Source: Candidatus Berkelbacteria bacterium | Lineage (GTDB): Bacteria; Patescibacteriota; UBA1384; JACPKC01 | Assembly: GCA_016187225.1 (NCBI GenBank) | Contig: JACPKC010000010.1 | Location: 156,590-220,589, forward strand | DNA: 64,000 nt | Direction of reading: 5' to 3' | Part shown: in pieces, positions 9,944-18,991 of the stretch | Position numbering within the stretch: the stretch's first letter is position 1 | How the letters are laid out: every line of letters begins with the position of its first letter | Made by a program: the position numbers and the translations under genes | Notes under the pieces: model-generated | Told to the model about the DNA's origin: nothing | What the model saw: the letters and a program-made list of their open reading frames with translations, nothing else | The model's database searches: none

Positions 9944-9971
9944 GACAAATACTAATTATATGGTATAGTTC
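9944..9971 (+). promoter_or_regulatory. Sigma70-like promoter for the lytic transglycosylase gene
   Basis: TTGACA (9944-9949), 16-nt spacer, TATAGT (9966-9971). Confidence 0.5.
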
Positions 9972-10082
9972 TACACGTTTCCTAATCAAACTTCTGAACC
10001 TGTAAAACAGGTTCATTTTGTTTCCGGCGAGACCCGATTAATACTCGGCGCAGTAGCCGCTTGGGAACGGGAGCTAAAATTT

Positions 10083-10760
10083 ATGTTTCTCCTTGCAAAA
10101 GGGAGGGAGAAGCAAAAAGCTACAAAAGTATTTTTAGTCGGGGTTTTGATATTTGAATTAGTGTTGGGCAATTTTGCACAAGCCCAAGAAGCTAAAATGC
10201 CGCTTGTTTCGACCCTGGTTTTAGATCCGCAGTCTTCAAGTGTAATTGTAAATTTGTCGCCCCGACGCGAGTTAACTATTACAGTGATTGAATCGAGAGC
10301 CGAGCAAACGGCTCGACTTGCGCGTATGGAAGCGGTGCGTAAGCAGAAGCCGCAAGTCGTAACGAGAGTTGAGTTAAAAGTTCAAGAGACTGATGTTGGT
10401 TTTGAAACCAAACGGGCTTTGGCTCAAAAAGCCGCCGCCGCTTATGGTCTTGACTGGAAAATTGTCGAAGCTGTTTGGCAGGTTGAGTCCGGTAAACGTT
10501 GGGTAACGTCCGTTCGATCTTATGCTGGCGCCCAAGGCCCAATGCAATTTATGCCAGGCACCTGGCGTCGCTATGGTGTTGATGGAAATGGTGACGGTGC
10601 TAAAGATATAAACCACGCCGAGGACGCTGTCTTCGCGGGGGCTAACTATCTGGCCGCCAACGGCGCCGCTTCTAATATCGACCGTGCGCTTTTGGCCTAC
10701 AATCATGCCCAGTGGTATGTGGATAAAGTCAAAAAGCTCGCCGCTTCGATCGAAGGGTAG
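10083..10760 (+). CDS. Secreted lytic transglycosylase (SLT/GH23 domain)
   Basis: Signal peptide followed by GAQGPMQFMPGTWRRYGVDGNGDG...AGANYL SLT motifs. Confidence 0.8.
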   Translation: MFLLAKGREKQKATKVFLVGVLIFELVLGNFAQAQEAKMPLVSTLVLDPQSSSVIVNLSPRRELTITVIESRAEQTARLARMEAVRKQKPQVVTRVELKVQETDVGFETKRALAQKAAAAYGLDWKIVEAVWQVESGKRWVTSVRSYAGAQGPMQFMPGTWRRYGVDGNGDGAKDINHAEDAVFAGANYLAANGAASNIDRALLAYNHAQWYVDKVKKLAASIEG

Positions 10761-10768
10761 ATCTTTCT

Positions 10769-10805
10769 AAACACCACCCCGCCCCGGCGGGGTGGTGTTG
10801 TATTA
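10769..10805 (+). terminator. Terminator hairpin after the lytic transglycosylase gene
   Basis: AACACCACCCCGCC..GGCGGGGTGGTGTT, about 12-bp GC-rich stem, followed by a weak U-tract. Confidence 0.55.
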
Positions 10806-10883
10806 GAGGGAGTTATGTAGTATATAAAACAGTCTTTGTAAGACAATTAACAATTAAATTTTACGAAGGAGAGGTATGCACAG

Positions 10884-12308
10884 ATGCATATTTTTGAGAT
10901 TGAACAGGCAATTCTGGCTAATCAGAAAGTTGTTCGAAAGCATCTTCTATACTGCTGGGAAGATGTTAATGAGACCCTCGACCTTTGTTACGCTCTCGGG
11001 CGCATCTTCTATCGCGGCCTCGATCAGCTCAAGAGATCCGAAAAACGCAATTTTCAGCGTTGTCTTAACGCTATTCGGAAAGCCACGGAGCGGATCGATT
11101 CTGATAAGATGATCGCGATTGCTAACGCGCATAGAGCCTACACCGTTAGGGTCGGCATGAACTTTGCGACCATTTTTTTAGGGTCTGATGCGAATGACTT
11201 CGAGCGATCGGAGAAGATCGTCAGCTTGCTTCATCAGGCAAGGATCAGGACCTACCCTGATGAACTCTCGCTGACAGAACAATACAATGAATTTGCATCT
11301 ATCTTGTCTCTTATTGGCACGTTGATCCATGGCGCCTCGCGAACATGGACAAACTTCTTGCGCTCAGTTGCAAGCGGGTCTCAAACGGCGGGTGCCATTT
11401 TCGATCACATAGTCTTTTTCTATGCTTCGGTTAGGGCAAACGTGAACCTTGTTCACTTGTCTGAATGGCCTTTTCAAACAGCGACTAACATAGAAGAGAC
11501 AATCTTGGTCGCGATCGGCGGTGAGCATGACCCAGTCTTTCTGCCTGTGCCAGATGAGATTATTGATGCAATCAACGGTCGCATCCACGCATTCAATGCG
11601 TGGATTGACAGGCAAAACATTCTCACCCGAGAGTTAGTTGCTTGGTTCCAGACTAAGCGCGACGATTTTCATTCCAAGGAGGAGCAGATGTGGCAGGAGA
11701 TCGTTATGCAACCCAAATATGGCCTGCGACCAGCCGGTCTCGATAAGCTCCGCGTCGATCTAGCAGATAGTTGTGAAACTTATGTACAACTAATTCCGGT
11801 CGGTGATTTTCCTCTGACTCATGTCAAGCTCTGGATGAGATACCGTTACCTTAGGTATTGGTATACGGCGTCCATTATCCTCGATCCAAATAATTGGCAG
11901 GAAGTGGTGTGTTCTGATTGTTCTTGCACACGGGAGGGGGTGCAGGAGATGGATCGGGTGCACAGATTTGTCTGCCTCTACTGTCTGTGGTGGATAGTCA
12001 CAGGCCAGGGTGTGAAGGCGTCAACGTATCATGAAAAAGGAGGTAAGAAGTCGAACGGATTTGGCGTCCCCGCGTCCAAAACACCGATTCGAGCGCATTT
12101 TCGTCGACTGCCTCTTGGCAGGAATCCATCTGAAGCAGCTCAACTTCGTGCGATTGATACGTTAGATGTTTTGCCGCCAATCGGTACGACCTTTGTGCGC
12201 TCTCATCTGCGCAATAATACGCCAACCGAGCAGGAGATTCGCGACTTCGAAAAGATCGAGCCTTTGCCCAATTTTATTTTTTCGTTCAGTAAGTTTGGTT
12301 TCGCTTGA
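10884..12308 (+). CDS. Hypothetical 474-aa protein, Cys-rich (CSDCSCT...CLYC), no recognised domain
   Basis: Long ORF with an RBS (GAAGGAGAGG); ends at a bidirectional terminator. Confidence 0.6.
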   Translation: MHIFEIEQAILANQKVVRKHLLYCWEDVNETLDLCYALGRIFYRGLDQLKRSEKRNFQRCLNAIRKATERIDSDKMIAIANAHRAYTVRVGMNFATIFLGSDANDFERSEKIVSLLHQARIRTYPDELSLTEQYNEFASILSLIGTLIHGASRTWTNFLRSVASGSQTAGAIFDHIVFFYASVRANVNLVHLSEWPFQTATNIEETILVAIGGEHDPVFLPVPDEIIDAINGRIHAFNAWIDRQNILTRELVAWFQTKRDDFHSKEEQMWQEIVMQPKYGLRPAGLDKLRVDLADSCETYVQLIPVGDFPLTHVKLWMRYRYLRYWYTASIILDPNNWQEVVCSDCSCTREGVQEMDRVHRFVCLYCLWWIVTGQGVKASTYHEKGGKKSNGFGVPASKTPIRAHFRRLPLGRNPSEAAQLRAIDTLDVLPPIGTTFVRSHLRNNTPTEQEIRDFEKIEPLPNFIFSFSKFGFA

Positions 12309-12331
12309 GCTAGCGGAGACCAAAATGATGC

Positions 12332-12360
12332 AAACGACCGCCCAGGCGGTCGTTTTAAAA
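12332..12360. terminator. Bidirectional terminator between convergent genes
   Basis: Perfect AAACGACCGCC-CAG-GGCGGTCGTTT hairpin with T/A-rich flanks on both sides. Confidence 0.75.
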
Positions 12361-12362
12361 AT

Positions 12363-13544
12363 TTAATTTATCGTTCCTGATAGGTTTGCATCACCCGTTG
12401 CGGTTAGCGGTGGAGTTTCGGTGTGTGTCACCGATGTGCCGGGCGGAATCACCTCAAACCAAGTCTTGCCCTTGATGAGCGTTAACTCATTGCCGTTGCT
12501 ATCGTACAAACGTAACATCTCGTCGGTGCTGGATTTTTTCCACTTGCCTTCAGTTGCAGTGCCATTTTGAATGAGCGTTGACTTCCCCTCTCCTTCTGTG
12601 GTCATAAACCATTCGCCTTTGCCCTGATTTGTTTTAGCGTCGTAGACGCGCTCCACTTCGATGACAGCGATGTTTTTGGCTGTAATTTGATCGCCCGTAA
12701 CACGATCAATGTGCGCCGCACCCGCAAGTGAACGTTTATAGATGTTCTCTTCGCGCTCATAGACCCACTCCGCTTTGTAAGAAGGTGTTGAAAAATCAAT
12801 AGCAAGGGTTGCCGTGGCCGCTCGTTGCTCACTTGCGATATCGTCAGCAAATTTAAGCGGCGTGAACTCGCTTTCTAGTTTCACTTCTTTTTCTTTGGCG
12901 AATTCATAGAGCTTGGCGCTTGAGGTGAAGAGCGTATGTTCAACCGCGATGCCTGGTTTTGGTTCGCGTTCAAAATAAGCGGCTGTATGGGGTAAATCAA
13001 CGATCGCCGGTGTCTTAGGAATTAGGGCCAGCGCCGCTTGCGATCCGCCTGCATGCGTATACAGCGCTTTGTAACCAGCGGCATAGTGGACAAAGTACGG
13101 TCGAGCCGATCTTACAGGTCCGATTTTTTGCGCATCGGCTGGACCAAAAATTGCCATAAAACGTGTGATGCCGCCTTCCACAATCACCTCGAAAACAACA
13201 CTCGCATCGATCAGCCCAGCTTGTGGGCGCGCGTCGGGGTGATTCTCAATCATCACTGCCAGGGGCCGAATTTTGGCCTTACTGGGATCAACTTCAGTCC
13301 CATCTAAAGTTGATGGTTCGGTTTTGGGTACTTCCTTAACTGAAAGATTTGGCAAGATCGAGTTATTCGCGGATTGAAGATTAAATCCTTCGGGTACGAA
13401 ATATCGATAATAAGCAGCCGTGCCCGCCGCACCAAATACAATTATGAATAGGCTGATTATGAGGGTTGCGTGTCCGCGCCGGCTATTTATAAAACGCACA
13501 AGACGTTCGCGAAAATTACCCTTCTCGAGATTAAGTGTCTCCAT
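12363..13544 (-). CDS. DUF3048 (YerB-like) secreted or membrane-anchored protein
   Basis: RPLAVMIENHPDARPQAGL...VVFEVIVEGGITRFMAIF matches the DUF3048 N-terminal core. The start is chosen at METLN (RBS AGGAAG); the ORF track extends to 13601. Confidence 0.65.
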   Translation of the reverse strand: METLNLEKGNFRERLVRFINSRRGHATLIISLFIIVFGAAGTAAYYRYFVPEGFNLQSANNSILPNLSVKEVPKTEPSTLDGTEVDPSKAKIRPLAVMIENHPDARPQAGLIDASVVFEVIVEGGITRFMAIFGPADAQKIGPVRSARPYFVHYAAGYKALYTHAGGSQAALALIPKTPAIVDLPHTAAYFEREPKPGIAVEHTLFTSSAKLYEFAKEKEVKLESEFTPLKFADDIASEQRAATATLAIDFSTPSYKAEWVYEREENIYKRSLAGAAHIDRVTGDQITAKNIAVIEVERVYDAKTNQGKGEWFMTTEGEGKSTLIQNGTATEGKWKKSSTDEMLRLYDSNGNELTLIKGKTWFEVIPPGTSVTHTETPPLTATGDANLSGTIN

Positions 13545-13548
13545 AAAA

Positions 13549-14634
13549 TTACTTCCTGGCTGTTCGCAAATTAAACCAAGCGAAACGAAGCAGGGTGCCA
13601 AAGCCTACACACCAGGCGCCAAAAATTAAAATCCAACCTAAGAATGGAATGAGCTTAAGAATTACCAGCACAATCGACCCAACGAGAAATGCATTCACAA
13701 GTGTGAGTTTCTGCTTGAAGAGAAGGTCGCCGACCCAAAGATTGGCCACAGCGCCGGCTAGAATCGCAAGCGCTCCAACCAAGAAAATTTCAAGAAATGC
13801 GAGTGGTAAAGTTATATAGAACACAAAGAGGAGAATTAAGATAAAAGGCGCCGCTCCAAGCGAGACTAATCCGACGAGGAGTGCATTGAGCGGTTCCTTA
13901 TAAGCTTGAGCGCGCAGGACCTCAACGGTTTTTGGAGCGAGTAGATAGATTAACGCGCCGGTCATTAGCAAACCGAGGATAGTCGCCACTTCGGCAAATA
14001 AACTACCCAGACCAAAGCCAAACTGTTGGGCTTCATCAGTATCTGTTTGACGTTTCAACTCAACCCCACCAATCACCATTGCACCCTCCGGTTTAACGAA
14101 TGGTTTCGTGGTCGTGCCTGTCAGTTTGCCTTCAATTTTAGCTGTATCAGATAATGTAACCGACTCGGTCCCAACATTCACATTGCCATCCACGGCGCCG
14201 GCCAGATGCAAGGTGCCTGCATAAACAGTAACGTCGCCAGCCACGCGCCCGCGCACTTCAACGTTGCCGGCAAATACCAAGAGATCACCGTCAATAGTTG
14301 CATCCGATCTTAGAGTTACGGTACTGCCGGCAACTAAAACATCGCCCTGGACTCGGCCATTGATTTTTATACTCGAACCAGCGGCAAACACATTGCCACC
14401 GACACTATCATCAATTGTGACTGTATTGCCAGCCGCTACAAGGTCGCGAGCCACTCGCCCTCGAATATCAATATCGGCGCCGGCCGTAATTAAGGTATCG
14501 TTAATTATCTGACCACTTTCTACTACGACATTGCCCGAGCTTTCGGGCTGTTGGAATTCGAGAGCTTGAACATCGCTCAATCCCAGTGTAAGAACCGATA
14601 GAATCGCGAGCGTAGAGATGCTGTGCATTTTCAT
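13549..14634 (-). CDS. Bactofilin-like (polymer-forming, beta-helical repeat) protein with a signal peptide and a C-terminal multi-TM domain
   Basis: Repeated DIxIxGxVxGDVxxAGxTV units followed by four hydrophobic helices. Confidence 0.5.
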   Translation of the reverse strand: MKMHSISTLAILSVLTLGLSDVQALEFQQPESSGNVVVESGQIINDTLITAGADIDIRGRVARDLVAAGNTVTIDDSVGGNVFAAGSSIKINGRVQGDVLVAGSTVTLRSDATIDGDLLVFAGNVEVRGRVAGDVTVYAGTLHLAGAVDGNVNVGTESVTLSDTAKIEGKLTGTTTKPFVKPEGAMVIGGVELKRQTDTDEAQQFGFGLGSLFAEVATILGLLMTGALIYLLAPKTVEVLRAQAYKEPLNALLVGLVSLGAAPFILILLFVFYITLPLAFLEIFLVGALAILAGAVANLWVGDLLFKQKLTLVNAFLVGSIVLVILKLIPFLGWILIFGAWCVGFGTLLRFAWFNLRTARK

Positions 14635-15197
14635 CTTCCCTCCTTGTTTACATCATTAAGATAGCATGTAAGTTCATTTGGTTTCAAACTTTTTAGAAGC
14701 CATCGATCAAGTGGTCGAAAAAAACGGCTTGAAAATTGTTCATTTTGACTCAACGGTTGGACGAGTGCGGTTTGCATGCCGGCTAAACGTCCGCCGATTA
14801 TATCGGCTATCAAAAGATCGCCAATGATTAAAGTTTGAGCTGGCGAGACTTGCATCGCTTGTGCCGCTTTGAATAGGAAATAAGGCAAAGGCTTAATGAG
14901 TAAGCCGGTTGCAAACGCGCGCAGGCCTAATTTACTGGCTTCTGTTTGCAGACACTCTTTGCCAGTGCGTGTCACCTGATTAGAAACGATTGAAATTTTT
15001 TGCTTGGAAAAAACTTCAATCCAACACTGAAGGTGTTGAATGAGTTCAGCTCGAATCACGGGTTCAGGATAGTATTTGAGAGTATTGTCAAAATCGAAAA
15101 TGATTGCTCGAATACCTTTTGCGTAAAGTAAATTTGGATCAAGATCATCTAATTTTGCAATATAATAATCTGGCCAGTACCATGGTCGGTTAATCAT
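14631..15197 (-). CDS. yqeG: YqeG-family HAD-IIIA phosphatase
   Basis: GIRAIIFDFDNTL (motif I) and IGDLLIADIIGG (motif IV). Confidence 0.8.
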   Translation of the reverse strand: MINRPWYWPDYYIAKLDDLDPNLLYAKGIRAIIFDFDNTLKYYPEPVIRAELIQHLQCWIEVFSKQKISIVSNQVTRTGKECLQTEASKLGLRAFATGLLIKPLPYFLFKAAQAMQVSPAQTLIIGDLLIADIIGGRLAGMQTALVQPLSQNEQFSSRFFRPLDRWLLKSLKPNELTCYLNDVNKEGR

Positions 15198-15248
15198 ATT
15201 AAATCATCATATCATCCATTTTCTACACTAACCGACATATTGTACCGA

Positions 15249-16058
15249 TTAGTAAATATAGCCGCGAATGACACCACTGGCGCTTTTCATTCTCCGTTTC
15301 GATACTTTGCCCCAGCCGATCATGTTCATATCCGAGACGATTAATTCGTCGCCCTCGACTTTTTCGACATACCCGACATGACCGAGTGGTCCCTCACTAG
15401 TTACAATTACCGAACCAGCTTGAGGCGTTTTCCCAGTTGCAAAACCCGATCTTTGAGCGCTCTTGAGCCAGGCGCTTGCATTCCCCCAGCGATTGGGGAT
15501 ATCTGGTCGACGTTCTTTTGCCCACCAGGTGCAGTAGCCATAGCTGTAAGTGTTACCGGCAGTCGTGGCAGTGGCTTGAAAAGCGCTTGTTTGGGCTGAA
15601 GGTTTGAACGCTCGTCGTACCTGTGTTTTGGCGACCTGGGCAAGTTGAGCTTTGCTAATCCGTTCTGCTTCCTCGCGTGCTTGAAGTTCTTTTTCGGGGC
15701 GGCCAATATCTGTTGTTAGTACGGTTGGCTTCTCGATAAAGCCATCGGCAAGATGCGTTTCATGGGCAGAGGGTGTATCAAAGGGAATTTCTTCAACAGT
15801 TTCAAACGAGAAATCAGCGAGTTGCGCTGTAATCGAGGTTGGCCCGGCGGCGGCCAGCGCCTTATTACTCGCGAGTGGATTCAAGGCGATTAAAAGCACG
15901 GTTGCAATAACAGTCCGCCAGCCACGTTGCAGTGAGGGTTGGATGAGTTTTCGAGTAAGCCAATAACGACGCCGTAAACTCAATCTCCAATTGTGAAAGC
16001 TTCGCTTCAAGCGTATAAGCGGTGGCTCCGCCTGCTCGGCAACCTGAATTGAAGTCAT
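15249..16058 (-). CDS. CHAP-domain peptidoglycan hydrolase with an N-terminal membrane anchor
   Basis: GYCTWWA (catalytic Cys) and GHVGYVE (His) CHAP motifs. Confidence 0.75.
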   Translation of the reverse strand: MTSIQVAEQAEPPLIRLKRSFHNWRLSLRRRYWLTRKLIQPSLQRGWRTVIATVLLIALNPLASNKALAAAGPTSITAQLADFSFETVEEIPFDTPSAHETHLADGFIEKPTVLTTDIGRPEKELQAREEAERISKAQLAQVAKTQVRRAFKPSAQTSAFQATATTAGNTYSYGYCTWWAKERRPDIPNRWGNASAWLKSAQRSGFATGKTPQAGSVIVTSEGPLGHVGYVEKVEGDELIVSDMNMIGWGKVSKRRMKSASGVIRGYIY

Positions 16059-16180
16059 TATTTCTCCTCTCTATAAAACCTATTTTTGGACAAATAAAAT
16101 AACTACCACTGGTAGCTACATGGGGAGTCTAGCAGAGTCAGAAGTACTGTCAAGTTATAATGTGGATAATAGACGTATTC

Positions 16181-16222
16181 TCCAATAAAAATGAGAAACA
16201 CCTCGCGCAAGGCAAGGTGTTT
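16181..16222 (-). terminator. Rho-independent terminator downstream of the LytR_C gene
   Basis: AAACACCT...AGGTGTTT 8-bp stem; on the minus strand it is followed by CTCATTTTTATTGG. Confidence 0.6.
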
Positions 16223-16330
16223 CTTTGAAGCGTGGTTACGTGAGGAGGGTAACACGCAACCAACACTCATTTAAATATTATGAGAAAGTGATTTAGATGT
16301 CAAACAAAATTTCAGTGGTCTTATGCGGGG

Positions 16331-16975
16331 TTATTCTTGACCCGCAACAACTAACAACTGATCCGGCTTAGGTAAATCACTTTCTTTTAACTCGGCCGAT
16401 TCCCAATCGAGAAGATATTGAACCTCCTGGGCCTCGCTCATAAATCCAGGCAGGTAATAAATTGTTGAAATCTGGTGAGTCGTTTTGGCATTGCCAATCG
16501 ATGAAACATTAATTTGAGCGCTTTTTAATTGATCGCGAATCTTAGCGGCTACCCCAGTCGCGCTCCCGCCATTTAGGACTCTTACCGTGAAAGTCTTTGG
16601 AGTTTTGGGCGCAATTTTTTCTTCTTGAGGCGCGGAATTTGTGGTTGGTTGGTCGAGAATCACCAGCGCGTCGAGTGAATCTTCAATTTGTGCGACAGGT
16701 GCTTTAAATGTTTTTGCGGGCGCGCGAGTGTCATTATCTTCGTCAGCAGTTATAATTTCGTCTGTAAATTTTTCTTCAGCAAGTAATTTTTCGGACAATG
16801 ATTCTGTTTCGCGCGACAGTGTCGGTCGGATAAAAAGGAGCGCTAAAACTGCAACCACAGGCACAAACAATAAAACCCCATCTCTTGATCGCTTCGATCG
16901 AGGTCGAGTGTTGTGAGTTAGCTTTGATTGTAGAACCGTGCGCGGCGACGCTCGAATCCCATCAAAAGTCGGCAC
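16331..16975 (-). CDS. LytR_C (cell-envelope-related attenuator C-terminal) domain protein, membrane anchored
   Basis: VRVLNGGSATGVAAKIRDQLKSAQINVSSIGNA LytR_C motif; N-terminal TM. Confidence 0.65.
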   Translation of the reverse strand: MPTFDGIRASPRTVLQSKLTHNTRPRSKRSRDGVLLFVPVVAVLALLFIRPTLSRETESLSEKLLAEEKFTDEIITADEDNDTRAPAKTFKAPVAQIEDSLDALVILDQPTTNSAPQEEKIAPKTPKTFTVRVLNGGSATGVAAKIRDQLKSAQINVSSIGNAKTTHQISTIYYLPGFMSEAQEVQYLLDWESAELKESDLPKPDQLLVVAGQE

Positions 16976-16993
16976 ACTCCTCCTGTATTGGCT

Positions 16994-17599
16994 TTAATAG
17001 ATAGGTGAAAATTGTCTAATCACACCGAGCACTCTCCCTTGAATTGAAACGTCATTGGTGTAGATCGGCGGATATTTAGGGTTAGCTGGTTGTAATCGAA
17101 TTCGCCCCTTCTCTTTATAATAGCGTTTGAGTGTCACATTCTCTTCTTCCAGAAGAGCCACCACAATATCCCCATTTTTTGGTTGTTTTGTGCGTTGAAT
17201 TACCACATAGTCTCCGTCTAAAATTCCATCGTGCACCATGGAGTCGCCGCTAACTTTAAGTGCGTATACATCATGACCCATCATTGAGCGTGGAATATCG
17301 ATCGTCTCGTTGGTTCGAATCGCCGCAATCGGATTACCCGCCGCGATCACGCCCAGAAGAGGAATCTCGTGAGTACGCTCATCCCAAGCGGGTGTTACTT
17401 GCACGGCACGCGCGCCTTCATCTTTACAAATATGGCCCTTGAGTCTTAGTGATTCGATATGCTCCGCGACTGTCGCTACCGATTTCAATTCAAAATGTTG
17501 GGCAATTTCTCGGTAGCTCGGCGCATACTCATGATCATTGATATACGTTCGTAAGTACTCAAGAACGGCTTTTTGTTTGGGTGTAGGAAGCTGGTGCAT
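16994..17599 (-). CDS. lexA: SOS repressor LexA (S24 peptidase)
   Basis: N-terminal wHTH, an AAG cleavage site (VIAAGNP), and SGDSM / TLKRYY Ser-Lys dyad motifs. Confidence 0.9.
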   Translation of the reverse strand: MHQLPTPKQKAVLEYLRTYINDHEYAPSYREIAQHFELKSVATVAEHIESLRLKGHICKDEGARAVQVTPAWDERTHEIPLLGVIAAGNPIAAIRTNETIDIPRSMMGHDVYALKVSGDSMVHDGILDGDYVVIQRTKQPKNGDIVVALLEEENVTLKRYYKEKGRIRLQPANPKYPPIYTNDVSIQGRVLGVIRQFSPIY

Positions 17600-17615
17600 A
17601 GTGTTACTTTATACC

Positions 17616-17644
17616 GAACAAAAACCGTAAACAATAGAATTTAT
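17616..17644 (-). promoter_or_regulatory. Putative lexA promoter (-10 TATAAA) with a candidate LexA operator
   Basis: Minus strand reads TTGTTTACGGTTTTTGTTCGGTATAAAGTAACACTATG. The block CGGTTTTTGTTCGG abuts the -10 and is almost identical to the block at the dinB promoter. Confidence 0.45.
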
Positions 17645-18912
17645 CCACATAAGAGTCTTCTGCTTCTTCCGTCTAAAAGGTTGTGCATTTTTACTCCAAC
17701 GCTCCAGCCGCTTTGCACACTTGTTTCGCCAAAGCGGGCTCGAATTTTATTGATTGCCATTGTCAGGTTTGATGAATTAGCGTCGAACGGTAATCGAACA
17801 GGCGCTTGAATTTTTGGAGTCAGAACGGAAACAGTGACACTTGGCATGCGTACTAAAGTCTCCAGAGTTAATTTGTCGCCTCGCTGGCAGGCCGAGGAGA
17901 TGAGCTTCCAGGCATAGCATTCGATATCTCTGTCTGATTCAATTCGGTATGAAGTCTGAAGAGTTGAGCCCCAGCTGGGCGCATTTGTGCGGCGTAAATA
18001 AATTTGAATTGATTGACCGACAAATCCCCTCTTTCTTAGTCGATTCCCCACTTTCTCGCTCAAACGAAATAAGATTGGTCGTAATTCGCGTACCGGTACG
18101 TCGTGCGGCAAAGTGTATTGATGACCGATCGATTGTTCAGCTTTTTGCCGCCAATATGGAACAACACGAGCAAGGTCGATGCCCTGCCCAATCAAATGCA
18201 GTTCTTTTTCGTATGGGAAAACTAATGTCCGCAAGGTATCAAGTGATTGTTGGGTAAGATCGGCCAATGTCTGAATACCGGCGGCGCGCAGTCTTCGGCC
18301 AAGCCGTGGCCCGATACCACACAATTCCTCAACCTGTGTTTGGGTAAAAAGTTCTACTTGTGTCCAGGCCGTTACCCCCTCCCGGCGCAATTTTGCAACT
18401 GTTTTCTCCTCGGCGTTATTTAAAAGTGCGACAAGTCCATCGGGTTTTTGCGATTCGCTTGCCAATTTAGCAAGACGTTTATTACGCGCGATCCCAATCG
18501 AAGCGGTCAGCACCGGCCCGAGTTGATTGTGAAATTTAGTTTTAATCGTGCGAGCGATATTGATAGCTTGTTCCAAGCTAGTATCGATCTCAATGAAGCC
18601 CTCATCGATCGAGAAGGGCTCGACCGCCGGTGAGAATTGCTCAAGAATTTGAAATATATGCTGACTAATTGCCTGATATCGTTCGTAGACGGGTGGCACA
18701 ATGATGAGTTGCGGACAGTGTTTGAACGCTTCCCGACCGTTCATGCCTACCCGAACACCCAGCCGTTTTGCTTCTCTCGAGGGCGCCACAATCACTGATC
18801 GTGTGCCTGGTTTGCCACCCACGCCAATTGCTTTGCCACGAAGCGCCGGATTATATTGTTGCTCGACTGAAGCAAAGAAGCTGTTCATGTCGATGTGTAA
18901 AATCCAGTTCAT
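17641..18912 (-). CDS. dinB: DNA polymerase IV (Y-family, DinB)
   Basis: MNWILHIDMNSFFASVEQ start with a GGAG RBS at spacing 7. The ORF track extends to 18972, but there is no RBS there. Confidence 0.9.
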   Translation of the reverse strand: MNWILHIDMNSFFASVEQQYNPALRGKAIGVGGKPGTRSVIVAPSREAKRLGVRVGMNGREAFKHCPQLIIVPPVYERYQAISQHIFQILEQFSPAVEPFSIDEGFIEIDTSLEQAINIARTIKTKFHNQLGPVLTASIGIARNKRLAKLASESQKPDGLVALLNNAEEKTVAKLRREGVTAWTQVELFTQTQVEELCGIGPRLGRRLRAAGIQTLADLTQQSLDTLRTLVFPYEKELHLIGQGIDLARVVPYWRQKAEQSIGHQYTLPHDVPVRELRPILFRLSEKVGNRLRKRGFVGQSIQIYLRRTNAPSWGSTLQTSYRIESDRDIECYAWKLISSACQRGDKLTLETLVRMPSVTVSVLTPKIQAPVRLPFDANSSNLTMAINKIRARFGETSVQSGWSVGVKMHNLLDGRSRRLLCG

Positions 18913-18991
18913 TTTGATCTCCATTTCGAGTTCCACCATCTGCCAACTTGCGAGGGCGAAGTTGAGAACCATTCACAAACCAGCCTTGTTT

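Noticed and set aside
9998-10016. GTTCATTTTGTTTCCGG in the transglycosylase leader as another LexA site
   Set aside because: The element order differs from the lexA/dinB motif. It forms the 3-prime arm of a perfect hairpin, so it is more likely a structural part of the leader.
9972-10082. Confident assignment of the leader as a ydaO (c-di-AMP) riboswitch
   Set aside because: I could not match the conserved ydaO consensus blocks by eye. It is kept only as a structured-leader hypothesis pending a covariance-model search.
10876-11112. 78-codon ORF in an alternative frame at the start of the 474-aa gene
   Set aside because: It overlaps the much longer 10884 frame; the RBS spacing favours ATG 10884.
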